Shown here piece by piece: positions 38,632 through 51,373 of a DNA stretch of 64,000 bases. The DNA comes from Octopus sinensis (Eukaryota), in NCBI RefSeq assembly GCF_006345805.1, contig NC_043022.1:12710001-12774000 (forward strand). Direction: 5' to 3'. The translations under genes and the position numbers were made by a program. The notes under the pieces were generated by a model. That model was given only the letters and a program-made list of their open reading frames with translations. It was not told the origin of the DNA and ran no database searches. The stretch's first letter is position 1; the number at the start of each line of letters is the position of its first letter.

Positions 38632-39003
38632 AACAAGAACACTCAGAGAGCGCAAACCTCTGCCAAGGCAACACCAATGTCCTCTCAGCAATTAACCAGA
38701 GATGATTTTTAAAATGAGAATATCTGAAATGAACTTGACTGCTCGCACAAACGAGAATACTAAATATGAACCCAATCTCTCTCAAAAATTAAGTGAAAAA
38801 AATCCCCAGAAAAATAATCCAGAATTCTTGTCTGGCACCAGATCGATCCCAAAATCTAATCAGTTTGTGCCAGGCCAAACATCCCTGAATGTTTCATCCA
38901 AATCCATTCAGCGGTTCTTGAGATATCTTGTCCATGGACAAACAAACAAACAAACAAACACAACTGAAAACAATACCTCTGCTTTGGTTAAGGCAGAGGT
39001 AAT
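38632..39003 (+). mobile_element. Helentron-associated non-autonomous element (HINE/DINE-1-like)
   Basis: 5' subTIR acctctgcc (38656-38664) complementary to 3' ggcagaggt; (CAAA)n microsatellite; 3' stem-loop 38974-39001; A/T-rich flanks. Confidence 0.7.
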
Positions 39004-39270
39004 AACAGTAGGCTTATTGTATTCATTGCTCAGATATCGAATAACTTGTTAGAAAAGGGTGAAGAGGTGAGAGCAAAGAGAAATAAGTCAAGTTAAGAAA
39101 GACAGCAATGAAAGCCAAAAATACATACATATTATGTAGGATAAAACACAAATGACATTAAAAGGAACAAAGAACCATGAAGAGGAAAGGATGCCTAGGC
39201 CTATGAGGAGTAGAGTGGCAAATTTCAGGAAGCATGGGGCCTTTGAAAAGATGCAGTATCCTAACAGCTA

Positions 39271-39657
39271 TGGATGGAAGCACTCCGTCGGTTACGATGA
39301 CGAGGGTTCCAGTTGATCCAAATCAACGGAACAGCCTGCTCGTGAAATTAACGTGTAAGTGGCTGAGCACTCCACAGACACGTGTACCCTTAACGTAGTT
39401 CTCGGGGATATTCAGCGTGACACAGAGAGTGACAAGGCCGGCCCTTTGAAATACAGGTACAACAGAAACAGGAAGTAAGAGTGAGAGAAAGTTGTGGTGA
39501 AAGAGTACAGCAGGGATCACCACCATCCCCTGCCAGATCCTCGTGGAGCTTTAGGTGTTTTCGCTCAATAAACACTCACAACGCCCGGTCTGGGAATCGA
39601 AACCGCGATCCTATGACCGCGAGTCCGCTGCCCTAACCACTGGGCCATTGCGCCTCC
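39271..39657 (-). mobile_element. tRNA-derived SINE (family C)
   Basis: 11-bp TSD cctaacagcta at 39260-39270 and 39658-39668. Confidence 0.9.
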
Positions 39658-39913
39658 CCTAACAGCTAACAACTAATGCGGCTAGTTTGTTCGATGCTTT
39701 GACAGTTCTGAATATGAAAAATGTTTCTGAAAGCCATGGATGCTGGACTGGTTTTTGATTTTAGGTAGGGGGCTCTGAAAGGGCCTCAGGGATTAGCATC
39801 CCTGCCTTCCTGAGCTAGTTTTCCACCATGTTTCTTAAAAATTGTGGTAAAGGCCTTGGTCTTGGGACCACTCGTGTCTAGAGACTGAGGTTGGGGGTAA
39901 GTAAGGGTATGCT

Positions 39914-40133
39914 GGCAGAAACGTTAGCACGCCGGGCGAAATGCGTAGCCGTATTTCGTCTGCCGCTACGTTCTGAGTTCAAATTCCGCCGAGGTCGACT
40001 TTGCCTTTCATCCTTTCGGGGTCGATAAATTAAGTACCAGTTATGCACTGGGGTCGATATAATCGACTTAATCTCTATGTCTGTCCTTGTTTGTCCCCTC
40101 TGTGTTTAGCCCCTTGTGGGTAATAAAGAAATA
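39914..40133 (+). mobile_element. Nin/Deu-like SINE (family B)
   Basis: 8-bp TSD ggtatgct at 39906-39913 and 40134-40141. Confidence 0.85.
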
Positions 40134-40669
40134 GGTATGCTCCCTGTAGAAAATCCAGCTCCAAAAAAGCCTCATGGTAGCAAGGGAGAATGGGCACCAG
40201 CCAGCCCAAAGATTGGGGTGGGCAGCATCTGCCTGCCTCAGTTGCTATGGCATTGAGGTAGATCCAGTCACCGCTGTTAACAGGGAGAAAACCCAGATAT
40301 AAAACACTGGATGATGATGAAGCAAGTGCACAGGTGATGTAGAGACATTGAATTTAAAAAGATGGCCAAAGTTGTTGGCAAGATGGCAGATAATCTTGTA
40401 GGCTCCCCACTAACTTCATTGAAACTTTGGTGTGTCAATGACCAGTGAAGCAACACGTTTGAGTATGTTTAGTGAATGCTGAAGTGCATTTGATATTTTC
40501 AAGTAACAATATCTGATGGTCCAATGATTTCCTTAACTTCAAATATTTAATTACACTTTTGACTGTACGGCTGCCATTGTCAATGGTTTGTTCTTCTGTT
40601 GGGTCTGCTGGGGTAGGGGAAGTTCTTCTCTTTTTTATGCAGGTTCCCCACTTTCAGCACTCCACTCAC

Positions 40670-42880
40670 ACTATCACCAATGCCATTGCAATGACCACCA
40701 CCACCACCACTTCTACAAATATCACTACCAACCTCACCACAGCTCCTACCAAACCACCACCACAACTATTACTGCAGCTACCACCATCGCCATTGCAATG
40801 ACCACTACCACCACTACCCAGCACTTCTACAAATATCACTACCAACCTCACCACAGCTCCTACCATACCACCACCACAACTACTACCACCACCATCACAA
40901 CTATTACTGCAGCTACCACCATCGCCATTGCAATGACCACCACTACCACCACTACCCAGCACTACTACAAATATCACTACCAACCTCACCACCACTACTA
41001 CCACCACCATCACAACTATTACTGCAGCTACCACCATCGCCATTGCAATGACCACCAGCACCACTACCCAGCACTTCTACAAATATCACACTACCAACCT
41101 CACCACACAGCTCCTACCACCCCACCAGCTCACAACTATTACTGCAGCTACCACCATCGCCATTGCAATGACCACCAGCACCACTACCCAGCACTTCTAC
41201 AAATATCACTACCAACCTCACCACCACTACTACCACCACCATCACAACTATTACTGCAGCTACCACCATCGCCATTGCAATGACCACCAGCACCACCACT
41301 ACCCAGCACTTCTACAAATATCACTACCAACCTCACCACAGCTCCTACCACCACCATCACAACTATTACTGCAGCTACCACCATCGCCATTGCAATGACC
41401 ACCAGCACCACTACCCAGCACTTCTACAAATATCACTACCAACCTCACCACAGCTCCTACCACCACCATCACAACTATTACTGCAGCTACCACCATCGCC
41501 ATTGCAATGACCACCAGCACCACTACCCAGCACTTCTACAAATATCACTACCAACCTCACCACCACTACTACCACCACCACCATCCAACTATTACTGCAG
41601 CTACACCATCGCCATTGTAATGACCACCAGCACCACCACTACCCAGCACTTCTACAAATATCACTACCAACCTCACCACAGCTCCTACCACCACCATCAC
41701 AACTATACTTACTGCAGCTACCACCATCGCCATTGCAATGACCACCAGCACCACCACTACCCACACTTCTACAAAATCTACACACTACCAACCTCACCAC
41801 AGCTCCTACCACCACCATCACAACTATTACTGCAGCTACCACCATCGCCATTGCAATGACCACCAGCACACCACCACTACCCAGCACTTCTACAAATATC
41901 ACTACCAACCTCACCACAGGCTCCTACCATCCACCACCACACAACTACTTTATTGCAGCTACCACCATCGCCATTGCAATGACCACCAGCACCACTACCC
42001 AGCACTTCTACAAATATCACTACCAACCTCACCACAGCTCCTACAAAACCACCACCACAACTATTATTGCAGCTACCACCATCGCCATTGCAATGGCCAC
42101 CAGCACCACTACCCAGCACTTCTACAAATATCACTACCAACCTCACCACAGCTCCTACCAAACCACCACCACAACTATTATTGCAGCTACCACCATCGCC
42201 ATTGCAATGACCACCAGCACCACTACCCAGCACTTCTACAAATATCACTACCAACCTCACCACAGCTCCTACCAAACCACCACCACAACTATTATTGCAG
42301 CTACCACCATCGCCATTGCAATGACCACCAGCACCACTACCCAGCACTTCTACAAATATCACTACCAACCTCACCACAGCTCCTACCAACCACCACCACA
42401 ACTATTATTGCAGCTACCACCATCGCCATTGCAATGACCCACACCAGCACCACTACCCAGCACTTCTACAAATATCACTACCAACCTCACCACAGCTCCT
42501 ACCAAACCACCACCACAACTATTATTGCAGCTACCACCATCGCCATTGCAATGACCACCAGCACCACTACCCAGCACTTCTACAAATATCACTACCAACC
42601 TCACCACAGCTCCTACCAAACCACCACCACAACTATTATTGCAGCTACCACCATCGCCATTGCAATGAACCACCAGCACCACTACCCACCCAGCACTTCT
42701 ACAAATATCACTACCAACCTCACCACAACTCCTACCAAACCACCACCACAACTATTATTGCAGCTACCACCATCGCCATTGCAATGACCACCAGCACCAC
42801 TACCCAGCACTTCTACAAATATCACTACCAACCTCACCACAGCTCCTACCATACCACCACCACTACCACCATCGCCATCA
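40670..42880. repeat. Minisatellite, ~19 copies of a ~114-bp CA-rich unit
   Basis: gccattgcaatg anchor counted about 19 times; regular 114-bp period in the 3' half. Confidence 0.95.
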
Positions 42881-43399
42881 CTACTATAACGATTAAACCA
42901 TGAAATTGTTCTATTTTTAATTTTCCGTGTTTTTCTCAGAAGAATAAAGTTGGAAATTATTATAGGAAGAAATTGTTTAAATAACTTCACACCACCATCA
43001 TCATCATGGCATTTGTCATCATCCCAATCACAGTCATCACAATCATCATGAGCAGCAGCAGTAAAGGCATCACCACCACTACCACCACCCTCATCGCCAT
43101 CACAATTATCACCAACATCACCACCACCAACACCATAATTGTTAATCCATCAAACACACCGACCCACCCATCCTTCCGCCATCTCATTCAAATCTCTATT
43201 TACCAATAAAAACTGCTCCATTTAACAAACATTACACATTAAAGCAGTTTTTTTATATTTATTACTTTTCTCTTAATTTTATTTCTTTTTTTGATTTTGT
43301 CCCCCAACACCACCACCACCATCACACACACCAGCAACTCCAAATTCAATTCTAAAATTCAAAATTATATTTAACAGCAATAAAATTACTTTTGATAGC

Positions 43400-43790
43400 T
43401 GCAAAACCTTATTTCACAGCACCAAAATTATATTTCACTTCACCAAGATTATATTTCGCAGGTACTAAATAATATTTCCCACCAATAGTATAACATTTCA
43501 CAACCACAAAATCATACTTCACAGGGACTAAATTCTATTTCCAACCATAAAAATTATATTTCACAACAGCAAAATTATATTTCACATCACCAAGATTATA
43601 TTTCACAGGTACTAAATTATATTTCTCACCAATAGTATATTTCACAACCACAAAATCATATTTCATAAGCACTAAATTCTATTTCACAGCAACAAAATTA
43701 TATTTTATGGTAACTGTATTATATTTCCTAGCACCAAACTCATATTCACAGCAACAAAAACATATTTTAGAATTATATTTCACAGCAATA
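43400..43790. repeat. ~20-bp monomer tandem repeat with ~150-bp higher-order duplication
   Basis: aaattatatttcac monomers; the caccaagattatatttc..aggtactaaat block recurs at ~43441 and ~43590. Confidence 0.75.
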
Positions 43791-44009
43791 AAAATGATTG
43801 TTTTACTTTTAGATTTTATAGTTTTCTGTGATATTTTCACACATATTTACACAGACTTATACACATGTACAAATACACATATACACCTATTTACACACAA
43901 ATACTCATACCTATATATATATATATATATACACACACACCATGTAAATACACTTATTTACACACACATATATTTACTTCAAATCATATATATATGTTCA
44001 AACATGTCC

Positions 44010-44074
<65 letters not shown>

Positions 44075-44140
44075 TAACTGCAACAACAACAACACAAACA
44101 ATAATACAAAATGGCTGACGGTTAGTATATATATATATAT

Positions 44141-44187
<47 letters not shown>

Positions 44188-44539
44188 AATGTAAATACAC
44201 ATATTTACACACACACACACACACACACGCACAAATTGAAATCAAGTGAAATTTGAGTATTCTAACAAAATAATAAAAGACATCAATCAATAATTCGTTC
44301 CAATCAATTTTCTTCTAAATCTATTTTTATTTTTCATTACATTTTGACATTTTTGAAAAAGTTTCATTAAATTTCTTGAAATCACTTGTTGTTACCATTT
44401 TTCTCCTCCTCCTCTTCTTCTTCTTCTTATTTTATTGTCTCCAATTAACGATTATTGGCTGCCATTTTAAAACATTGGAACAATTTCAGTTTTATTTTGT
44501 AGATTATTTCTAACCACCCAATCCTTCCTCCCCTGCTGT

Positions 44540-44830
44540 CTTTGCATCTTGTTTCTTCTTCTCCGTCTTTGCATCCGTCTTCTTCTTATCTTTTTCTCTA
44601 CCTCTTCCTTTTTCTCCATCTTCATCATATTCTTTTTACTTTTTCCATCTTTTCCTTTTCCTCCCCCTTTTCCTTCTTCATCTTCACATTCTTCTCCTTT
44701 TTCTTCTTCACATTTGCCTTCCTTTCTTTTATCTTCATATTCTTCTTTTTCTCCTCTGCCTCCTCCTCCTCCTCTTCTTTTTTCTTCACGTTATTCTTCT
44801 CTTTCATTTCCTTATCTTCCTTCTTCCTCC
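44540..44830. repeat. CT-rich low-complexity tract
   Basis: Directly visible. Confidence 0.85.
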
Positions 44831-45179
44831 CCCCCCCATCCACTTCCAATTCAATTCCAAAATCTCTGATCAAAAGAGAAATCCAAATTCTCGTAATAAT
44901 ACCCCCACCCCACCCCCACCCCCTTTTTTTCTCACCATATTTATTCCAATCTGTGTGTTTATGACTGTTCCTGCTTCTCCAGTGAAACCTCTTCGCTATC
45001 CATTACTCAAATCAAACATTAATGATCTTTTCAAAGTCATCCTACCATTCCAATATGGATTTCAGCTTTCACGTTCTTCTTTGACTCCATTTCACTAAAT
45101 AATCTTCTATACTATCTCTCCCTCTTTCTGTATCTCTATGTCTATCTATCTATCTATCTATCTATCTACCTATCTATCT

Positions 45180-45570
45180 GGATGGTGGAAGCACTCCGTC
45201 GATTACGACGATGAGGGTTCTGGTTGATCCGAATCAATGGAACAGCCTGCTCGTGAAATTAACATGTAAGTGGCTGAGCACTCCACAGACACGTACACCC
45301 TTAACGTAGTTCTCGGGGATATTCAGCGTGACACAGAGAGTGACAAGGCCGGCCCTTTGAAATACAGGTACAACAGAAACAGGAAGTAAGAGTGAGAGAA
45401 AGTTGTGGTGAAAGAGTACAGCAGGGATCACCACCATCCCCTGCCGGAGCGTTGTGGAGCTTTTAGGTGTTTTCGCTCAATAAACACTCACAACGCCCGG
45501 TCTGGGAATCGAAACCGCGACCCTATGACCGCGAGTCCACTGCCCTAACCACTGGGCCATTGCGCCTCCA
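45180..45570 (-). mobile_element. tRNA-derived SINE (family C) inserted in (TATC)n
   Basis: Full-length family sequence flanked by TATC repeats. Confidence 0.88.
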
Positions 45571-45815
45571 CACCTATCTATCTATCTGTCATCTGTCTCT
45601 GATTATATAACAATCCATCTATCTGTCTATCTGTTTCTGTTTATCTACATATTACGTTTATATATTTGTTGTGCAAGATTTTTTGTGTGAAGTCGTGTGT
45701 TGAAACAGACATTGTTGTATTTCGGAATGGTCATTTTGCCAGTTTAGCCAATAAAAACACACGCACTATATATTTGGTGTTACTTTGCTTCAGTGTTATT
45801 TATTTATTTTTTTTC

Positions 45816-46011
45816 CATTAATCTTAATCTTATTTCGGCCAGAGTTCTTTTGCCACACTCCTGTGACCGCATCAGTGGTTCTTTGCTTTCTTCTTTCTTA
45901 TTTGTGTCTCTCCTTACTAACCGTCAGCCATTTTGTATTATTGTTTGTGTTGTTGTTGCTGCAGTTAGTGTTGTTCGCGTTGTTGTTGCCGAAATAAGAA
46001 TAAGATTAATG
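45816..46011. mobile_element. Short element with 24-bp terminal inverted repeats (MITE-like)
   Basis: cattaatcttaatcttatttcggc versus the reverse complement of gccgaaataagaataagattaatg, 23/24 match. Confidence 0.55.
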
Positions 46012-46086
46012 TGAAAAATAAAAAATTACATCGACACCAGTGTGTAACTGGTACTTAATTTATCGACCCCGAAAGGATGAAAGGCA

Positions 46087-46578
46087 ACTAACCATTAAAT
46101 AAAATAATCATGTGCTTAGGGCATCAAGAAAGGTAGTGGGCACCACAGAAATAGTAAATGGCTCATGGCACAAAAGAAATTATTTTAAACTTCCTAAAAT
46201 AATATTCAAAGTGGTTTATATGATTTGGAAATATAACAGAATGCTTTTGTAAGTGTATCCTTCTGTTTGTCTTGTAGCAAGGTACAAAGAAGCCAGCGCC
46301 ATTTTGAAATGGCGAGATCTTTCCTTAAATAATGGTTGCAGGCAAGATCTCGCTGTTTCAAAATGGCGCTGGCTTCTTTGTACCTTGCTACAAGACAAAC
46401 ACAAAGATACACTTACAAAAGCATTCTGTTATATTTCCAAATCATATAAACCACTTTAAATATTATTTTAGGAAGTTTAAAATAATTTCTTTTGTGCCAT
46501 GAGCCATTTACCATTTCTGTGGCGCCCCCTACCTCTCTTGATGCCCTAAGCACATGATTATTTTATTTAATGGTTAGT
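46087..46578. mobile_element. Foldback MITE-like element: ~235-bp inverted arms, ~20-nt loop
   Basis: The whole element is self-complementary with about 9 mismatches by eye. Possible TA TSD at 46089-46090 and 46575-46576. Confidence 0.85.
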
Positions 46579-46583
46579 CCAGT

Positions 46584-46820
46584 TCTAAAGGCGGTGAACT
46601 GGTAGAAACGTTAGCACACCGGGCAAAATGCATAGCTGTATTTCGTCTGCCGTTACATTCTGAGTTCAAATTCCGCCGAGGTCAACTTTGCCTTTCATCC
46701 TTTCGGGGTCGATTAAATAAGTACCAGTTATGCACTAGGGTCGATATAATCGACTCAATCCGTTTGTCTGTCCTTGTTTGTCCCCTCCGTGTTTAGCCCC
46801 TTGTGGGCAGTAAAGAAATA
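46584..46820 (+). mobile_element. Nin/Deu-like SINE (family B)
   Basis: 12-bp TSD ggttagtccagt at 46572-46583 and 46821-46832. Confidence 0.88.
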
Positions 46821-47110
46821 GGTTAGTCCAGTGCTACTTGAAAAGAAAATAAACAGAGGTGGTGAAGGTTTTAACACTGACTGAAACAGACCTTTGAATA
46901 TAGCATCATATCCTTTTGATAACATCTACCAGCCACCATGTGTTGAGGTCCAGCCATGTACCCAGGTTGCATACGGGAGGTAGATTATATCATGATAGCG
47001 AGAAAGGAGCTTCTCAGAAAATATTCATTTATTCATACATACATATATCTGCAGTTCAATTATAGTGTGACCAATGATATATCTAATATAAATATAACTA
47101 TTATCCCCCA

Positions 47111-47543
47111 CGGACGCAGGAGTGGCTGTGTGGTAAGTAGCTTGCTTACCAACCACATGGTTCTGGGTTCATTCCCACTGGGTGGCACCTTGGGCAAGTG
47201 CCTTCTACTATAGCATCAGGCCGACCAAAGCCTTGTGAGTGGATTTGGTAGACGGAAACTGAAAGAAGCCCATCATATAATCATCATCATCATTGTTGTT
47301 TAGCGTCCACTTTCCGTGCTGGCATGGGTTGGACGGTGCAACTGGGGTCTGGGAAGCCAGAAGGCTGCACCAGGCCCAGTCTGATCTGGCAATGTTTCTA
47401 TGGCTGGATGCTCTTCCTAACGCCAACCACTCCTTGAGTGTAGTGGGTGCTTTTTACGTGCCAGATGAGGCTGGCAAACGGCCACGGTTGGATGGTGCTT
47501 TTTACATGCCACCGGCACGTATGTATATATATATATATATTAT

Positions 47544-47601
<58 letters not shown>

Positions 47602-47820
47602 CGTGTTTGTGTATCTGTGTTTGTCACCCCAACATCGCTTGACAACCGATGCTGGTGTGTTTACGTCCTCATAACTTAGCGGTTCAGCAAAAGACTTGTA
47701 GAATAAGTACTAGGCTTCCAAAGAATAAGTCCTGGAGTCGATTTGCTCGACTAAAGGCGGTGCTCCAGCATGGCCGCAGTCAAATGACTGAAACAAGTAA
47801 AAGAGTAAAAGAGTAAAGAG
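47111..47820 (+). mobile_element. CORE-like SINE (family A) with an RTE-X 3' end (47281-47520, minus) nested in its internal microsatellite
   Basis: SINE head 47111-47275 and tail 47520-47820 are separated by a reverse RTE-X end. Confidence 0.8.
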
Positions 47821-47984
47821 AGACAACTAGATACACACACACACCACACATAGGCTCCACAGTGGCCATTTTAACTATTCTATCACAAGGAATAGTCACT
47901 TGTAGTACTTAACAAGCAATTAAAAAATTGAACAAGAGCCAATGGAAGTCAAACGAGAAGAAATACAAATAACAGAAAGATTAG

Positions 47985-48388
47985 GCACGGGAGTGGCTGT
48001 GTGGTAAGTAGCTTGTTTACCAACCACATGGTTCCGGGTTCAGTCCCACTGCGTGGCACCTTGGGCAAGTGTCTTCTACTATAGCCTCGGGCCAACCAAA
48101 GCCTTGTGAGTGGATTTGGTAGACGGAAACTGAAAGAAGCCCGTCATATATATGTATATATATATATGTGTGTGTGTGTGTTTGTGTTTGTCCCCCCCAA
48201 AAACATCGCTTGACAACCGATGCTGGTGTGTTTATGTCCCCGTTACTTAGTGGTTCGGCAAAAGAGACCGATAGAATAAGTACTGGGCTTACAAAAGAAT
48301 AAGTCCCGGGGTCGAGTTGCTCGATTAAAGGCGGTGCTCCAGCATGGCCGCAGTCAAAATGACTGAAACAAGTAAAAGAGTAAAGAGT
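47985..48388 (+). mobile_element. CORE-like SINE (family A)
   Basis: Full-length copy. Confidence 0.88.
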
Positions 48389-48499
48389 ATTATATTTTGG
48401 ATTCACCATAACAGAAGCTTTTGCATGTTTACTAGTGTATTGAAAATGCTTGTGTGTATGCATGTGTGTGTGTGTGTGTGTGTGAGTATTCAGCAAGCC

Positions 48500-48534
<35 letters not shown>

Positions 48535-48567
48535 GGGGGGGACTGAAAAGTGTGTGTGTATTGCAGG

Positions 48568-49227
48568 CCTGGCTGTGTGGTATGTAGCTTGCTTACCAAC
48601 CACATGGTTCTTGGTTCAGTCCCACTGTGTGGCACCTTTAGGCAAGTGTCTTCTACTATAGCCTTGGACCAACCAAAGTCTTGTGACTGGATTTAATGTA
48701 CGGATTGAATGAATGAATGTATGGGTGTGTATGTCTTTGTTTCTGTGTTTGTCCCCCTCCACTGCTTGACAACTGGTGTTGGTGGGCTTACATCCCTGTA
48801 ACTTAGCAGTTTGGCAAAAGACACTGATAGAATAAGTGTTAGGTGTAAAAAATATAAGCCCTGGGGTTGATTTGTCTGACTAAAACCTTTCATGTTGGTG
48901 CCCCAGCATGGCCATAATAAAATGAGAGAAACAAATAAAAGATGAAAGATCTAGTAGCACTTCATAATGCTCAACTAGGAAAGACAAACACTATGAGGTG
49001 ATACAAGAAAACTAAAGATACCAGTTGAGGCACAGTACACCTTACTACACAAGTCGGATGCAGAATTTTTATTGGAACTGTGTGGTAAGTAGCTTGCTTA
49101 CCAACCACATGGTTCCGGGTTCAGTCCTACTGCGTGGCACCTTGGGCAAGTGTCTTCTACTATAGCCTCAGGCCAACCAAAGCCTTGTGAGTGGATCTGG
49201 TAGACAGAAACTGAAAAGAAGCCCCTC

Positions 49228-49288
<61 letters not shown>

Positions 49289-49515
49289 ATATGTATATGT
49301 GTGTCTGCATTTCTCCCCCTAGCATTGCTTGACAACTGATGCTGGTGTGTTTACGTCCCCGTTACTTAGTGGTTCGACAAAAGAGACCGATAGAATAAGT
49401 ACTAGGCTTCCAAAGAATAAGTCCTGGGGTCGATTTCCTTGACTAAAGGCAGTGCTCCAGCATGGCCACAGTCAAATGACTGAAACAAGTAAAAGAGTAA
49501 AAGAGAAAAGAGAGC
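48568..49515 (+). mobile_element. Two further family-A SINEs (48568-48945 decayed; 49075-49515)
   Basis: Family motifs present in both. Confidence 0.8.
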
Positions 49516-50115
49516 AACTAGACTTAATGGACAGTTGTAGGCAATCGAGGTAGAGCAACAAGCTAACACCAGCTTGAAAGAAATTCAGTGAGCAGTGAAG
49601 AAGGCCAAGCCATTGTACGTATCAGAACAAATGAAGTGACAATGAAACTTGGTTAGAAAAGTGATGGAACTGTTTTGCTTGTATGGCAAGTCAGGACCTG
49701 AATGACTCGACAAATTCAAATGGAGCTGGTGGTCCTGAAATGAAGAGCTGAAGATCAAATACGCATTTCTTTATTACCCACAAGGGGCTAAACACAGAGG
49801 GGACAAACAAGGACAGACATAGGTATTAAGTCGATTACATCAACCCCAGTGCGTAACTGGTACTTAATTTATTGACCCCGAAAGGATGAAAGGCAAAGTC
49901 GACCTCGGCATACGAGTCAGCTGGTCTTGTAGGCAAGGTAAAGCAGGGGATCATATTGGGGATGGGCGCAGTAGACTGTAAAGCCATCAAGAGGAAGGCC
50001 CCCAAATTGATGTGCATTCTCTCTTGATGACCCCAGAAAGCTACTGGTGTCCAGTATGCAGTTTTTGATCAGTAGTACTTGCAAAAGCAAACTGTTTACA
50101 GGCCTCTCTCTCTCG

Positions 50116-50186
<71 letters not shown>

Positions 50187-50595
50187 AACATATATAAATA
50201 TGCTTGTAAATATGTATGCATACATATACATTACGAGTAGAGTAATCATTTCCTTATTTCCGTTTGTAAATTGTTGCCATTCTGAGGATATAGTGGAGTG
50301 GTTTACTTAGATTCCTGACACCACCTCTTGTCACCACCACCACCACCACCACCACTGCAATCACTACTGTCACTGCTACCACTACTGCTACACTATCAAA
50401 CAATTATAGAAAATTATACTGAATAATGTTGAAGTATATAGAGTCATAGAGAACTGTATAAAGGTATACAGAACTGTCTAGAAAGTGCATAGGAAAAAAA
50501 AAAAAATATATATATATATATATAAGTAGAAAGATAAATTTCAATGCTTCAAAAACAAACTTGTTTGTTTACATACGGTGTAATATATATATGTC

Positions 50596-50640
<45 letters not shown>

Positions 50641-50646
<6 letters not shown>

Positions 50647-51373
50647 CTATACAGTTCTGTTTCTTTCTAGACAATTCTGTATACCTTTATATAGTACTAT
50701 ATAATTCTATATCCCCATCCAAAATATGAGCAATTGTCTCCCCTATCCCGAATAATAACGATCACCAATTACCTCCATTTAGATTTTTCAACTTGTTTCA
50801 TTCACAAACTTCCATTAAGAACATGGACTAAAATTTTCTTAATAAAATACGAAATTACAATAATTTCTATGTCATGATTAGTGAAAGCAAAACCGGTTGA
50901 CATACACAATATTCTTTCACTTATAAAATATGTTAAAAAATATATTTAAACTATGTAAACTATGTGCATTTTCCTTCTTCTATTATATATATATATATAT
51001 AATATATATATATATATTATATATATATATATAGTCCTATACAGTTCTGTTTCTTTCTAGACAATTCTGTATACCTTTATATAGTACTATATAATTCTAT
51101 ATCCCCATCCAAAATATGAGCAATTGTCTCCCCTATCCCGAATAATAACGATCACCAATTACCTCATTTAGATTTTTCAACTTGTTTCATTCACAAACTT
51201 CCATTAAGAACATGGACTAAAATTTTCTTAATAAAATACGAAATTACAATAATTTCTATGTCATGATTAGTGAAAGCAAAACCGGTTGACATACACAATA
51301 TTCTTTCACTTATAAAATATGTTAAAAAATATATTTAAACTATGTAAACTATGTGCATTTTCCTTCTTCTATT
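50641..51373. repeat. Near-identical tandem duplication (390-bp period) bracketed by (TA)n
   Basis: 50641-50984 versus 51031-51373 differ by a single 1-bp indel. Confidence 0.92.

Noticed and set aside
41738-42787. 349-aa His-rich ORF as a cephalopod beak/His-rich structural protein
   Set aside because: No signal peptide, no GHG-type repeats, frame switches between units; explained by the minisatellite (kept only as a low-level finding).
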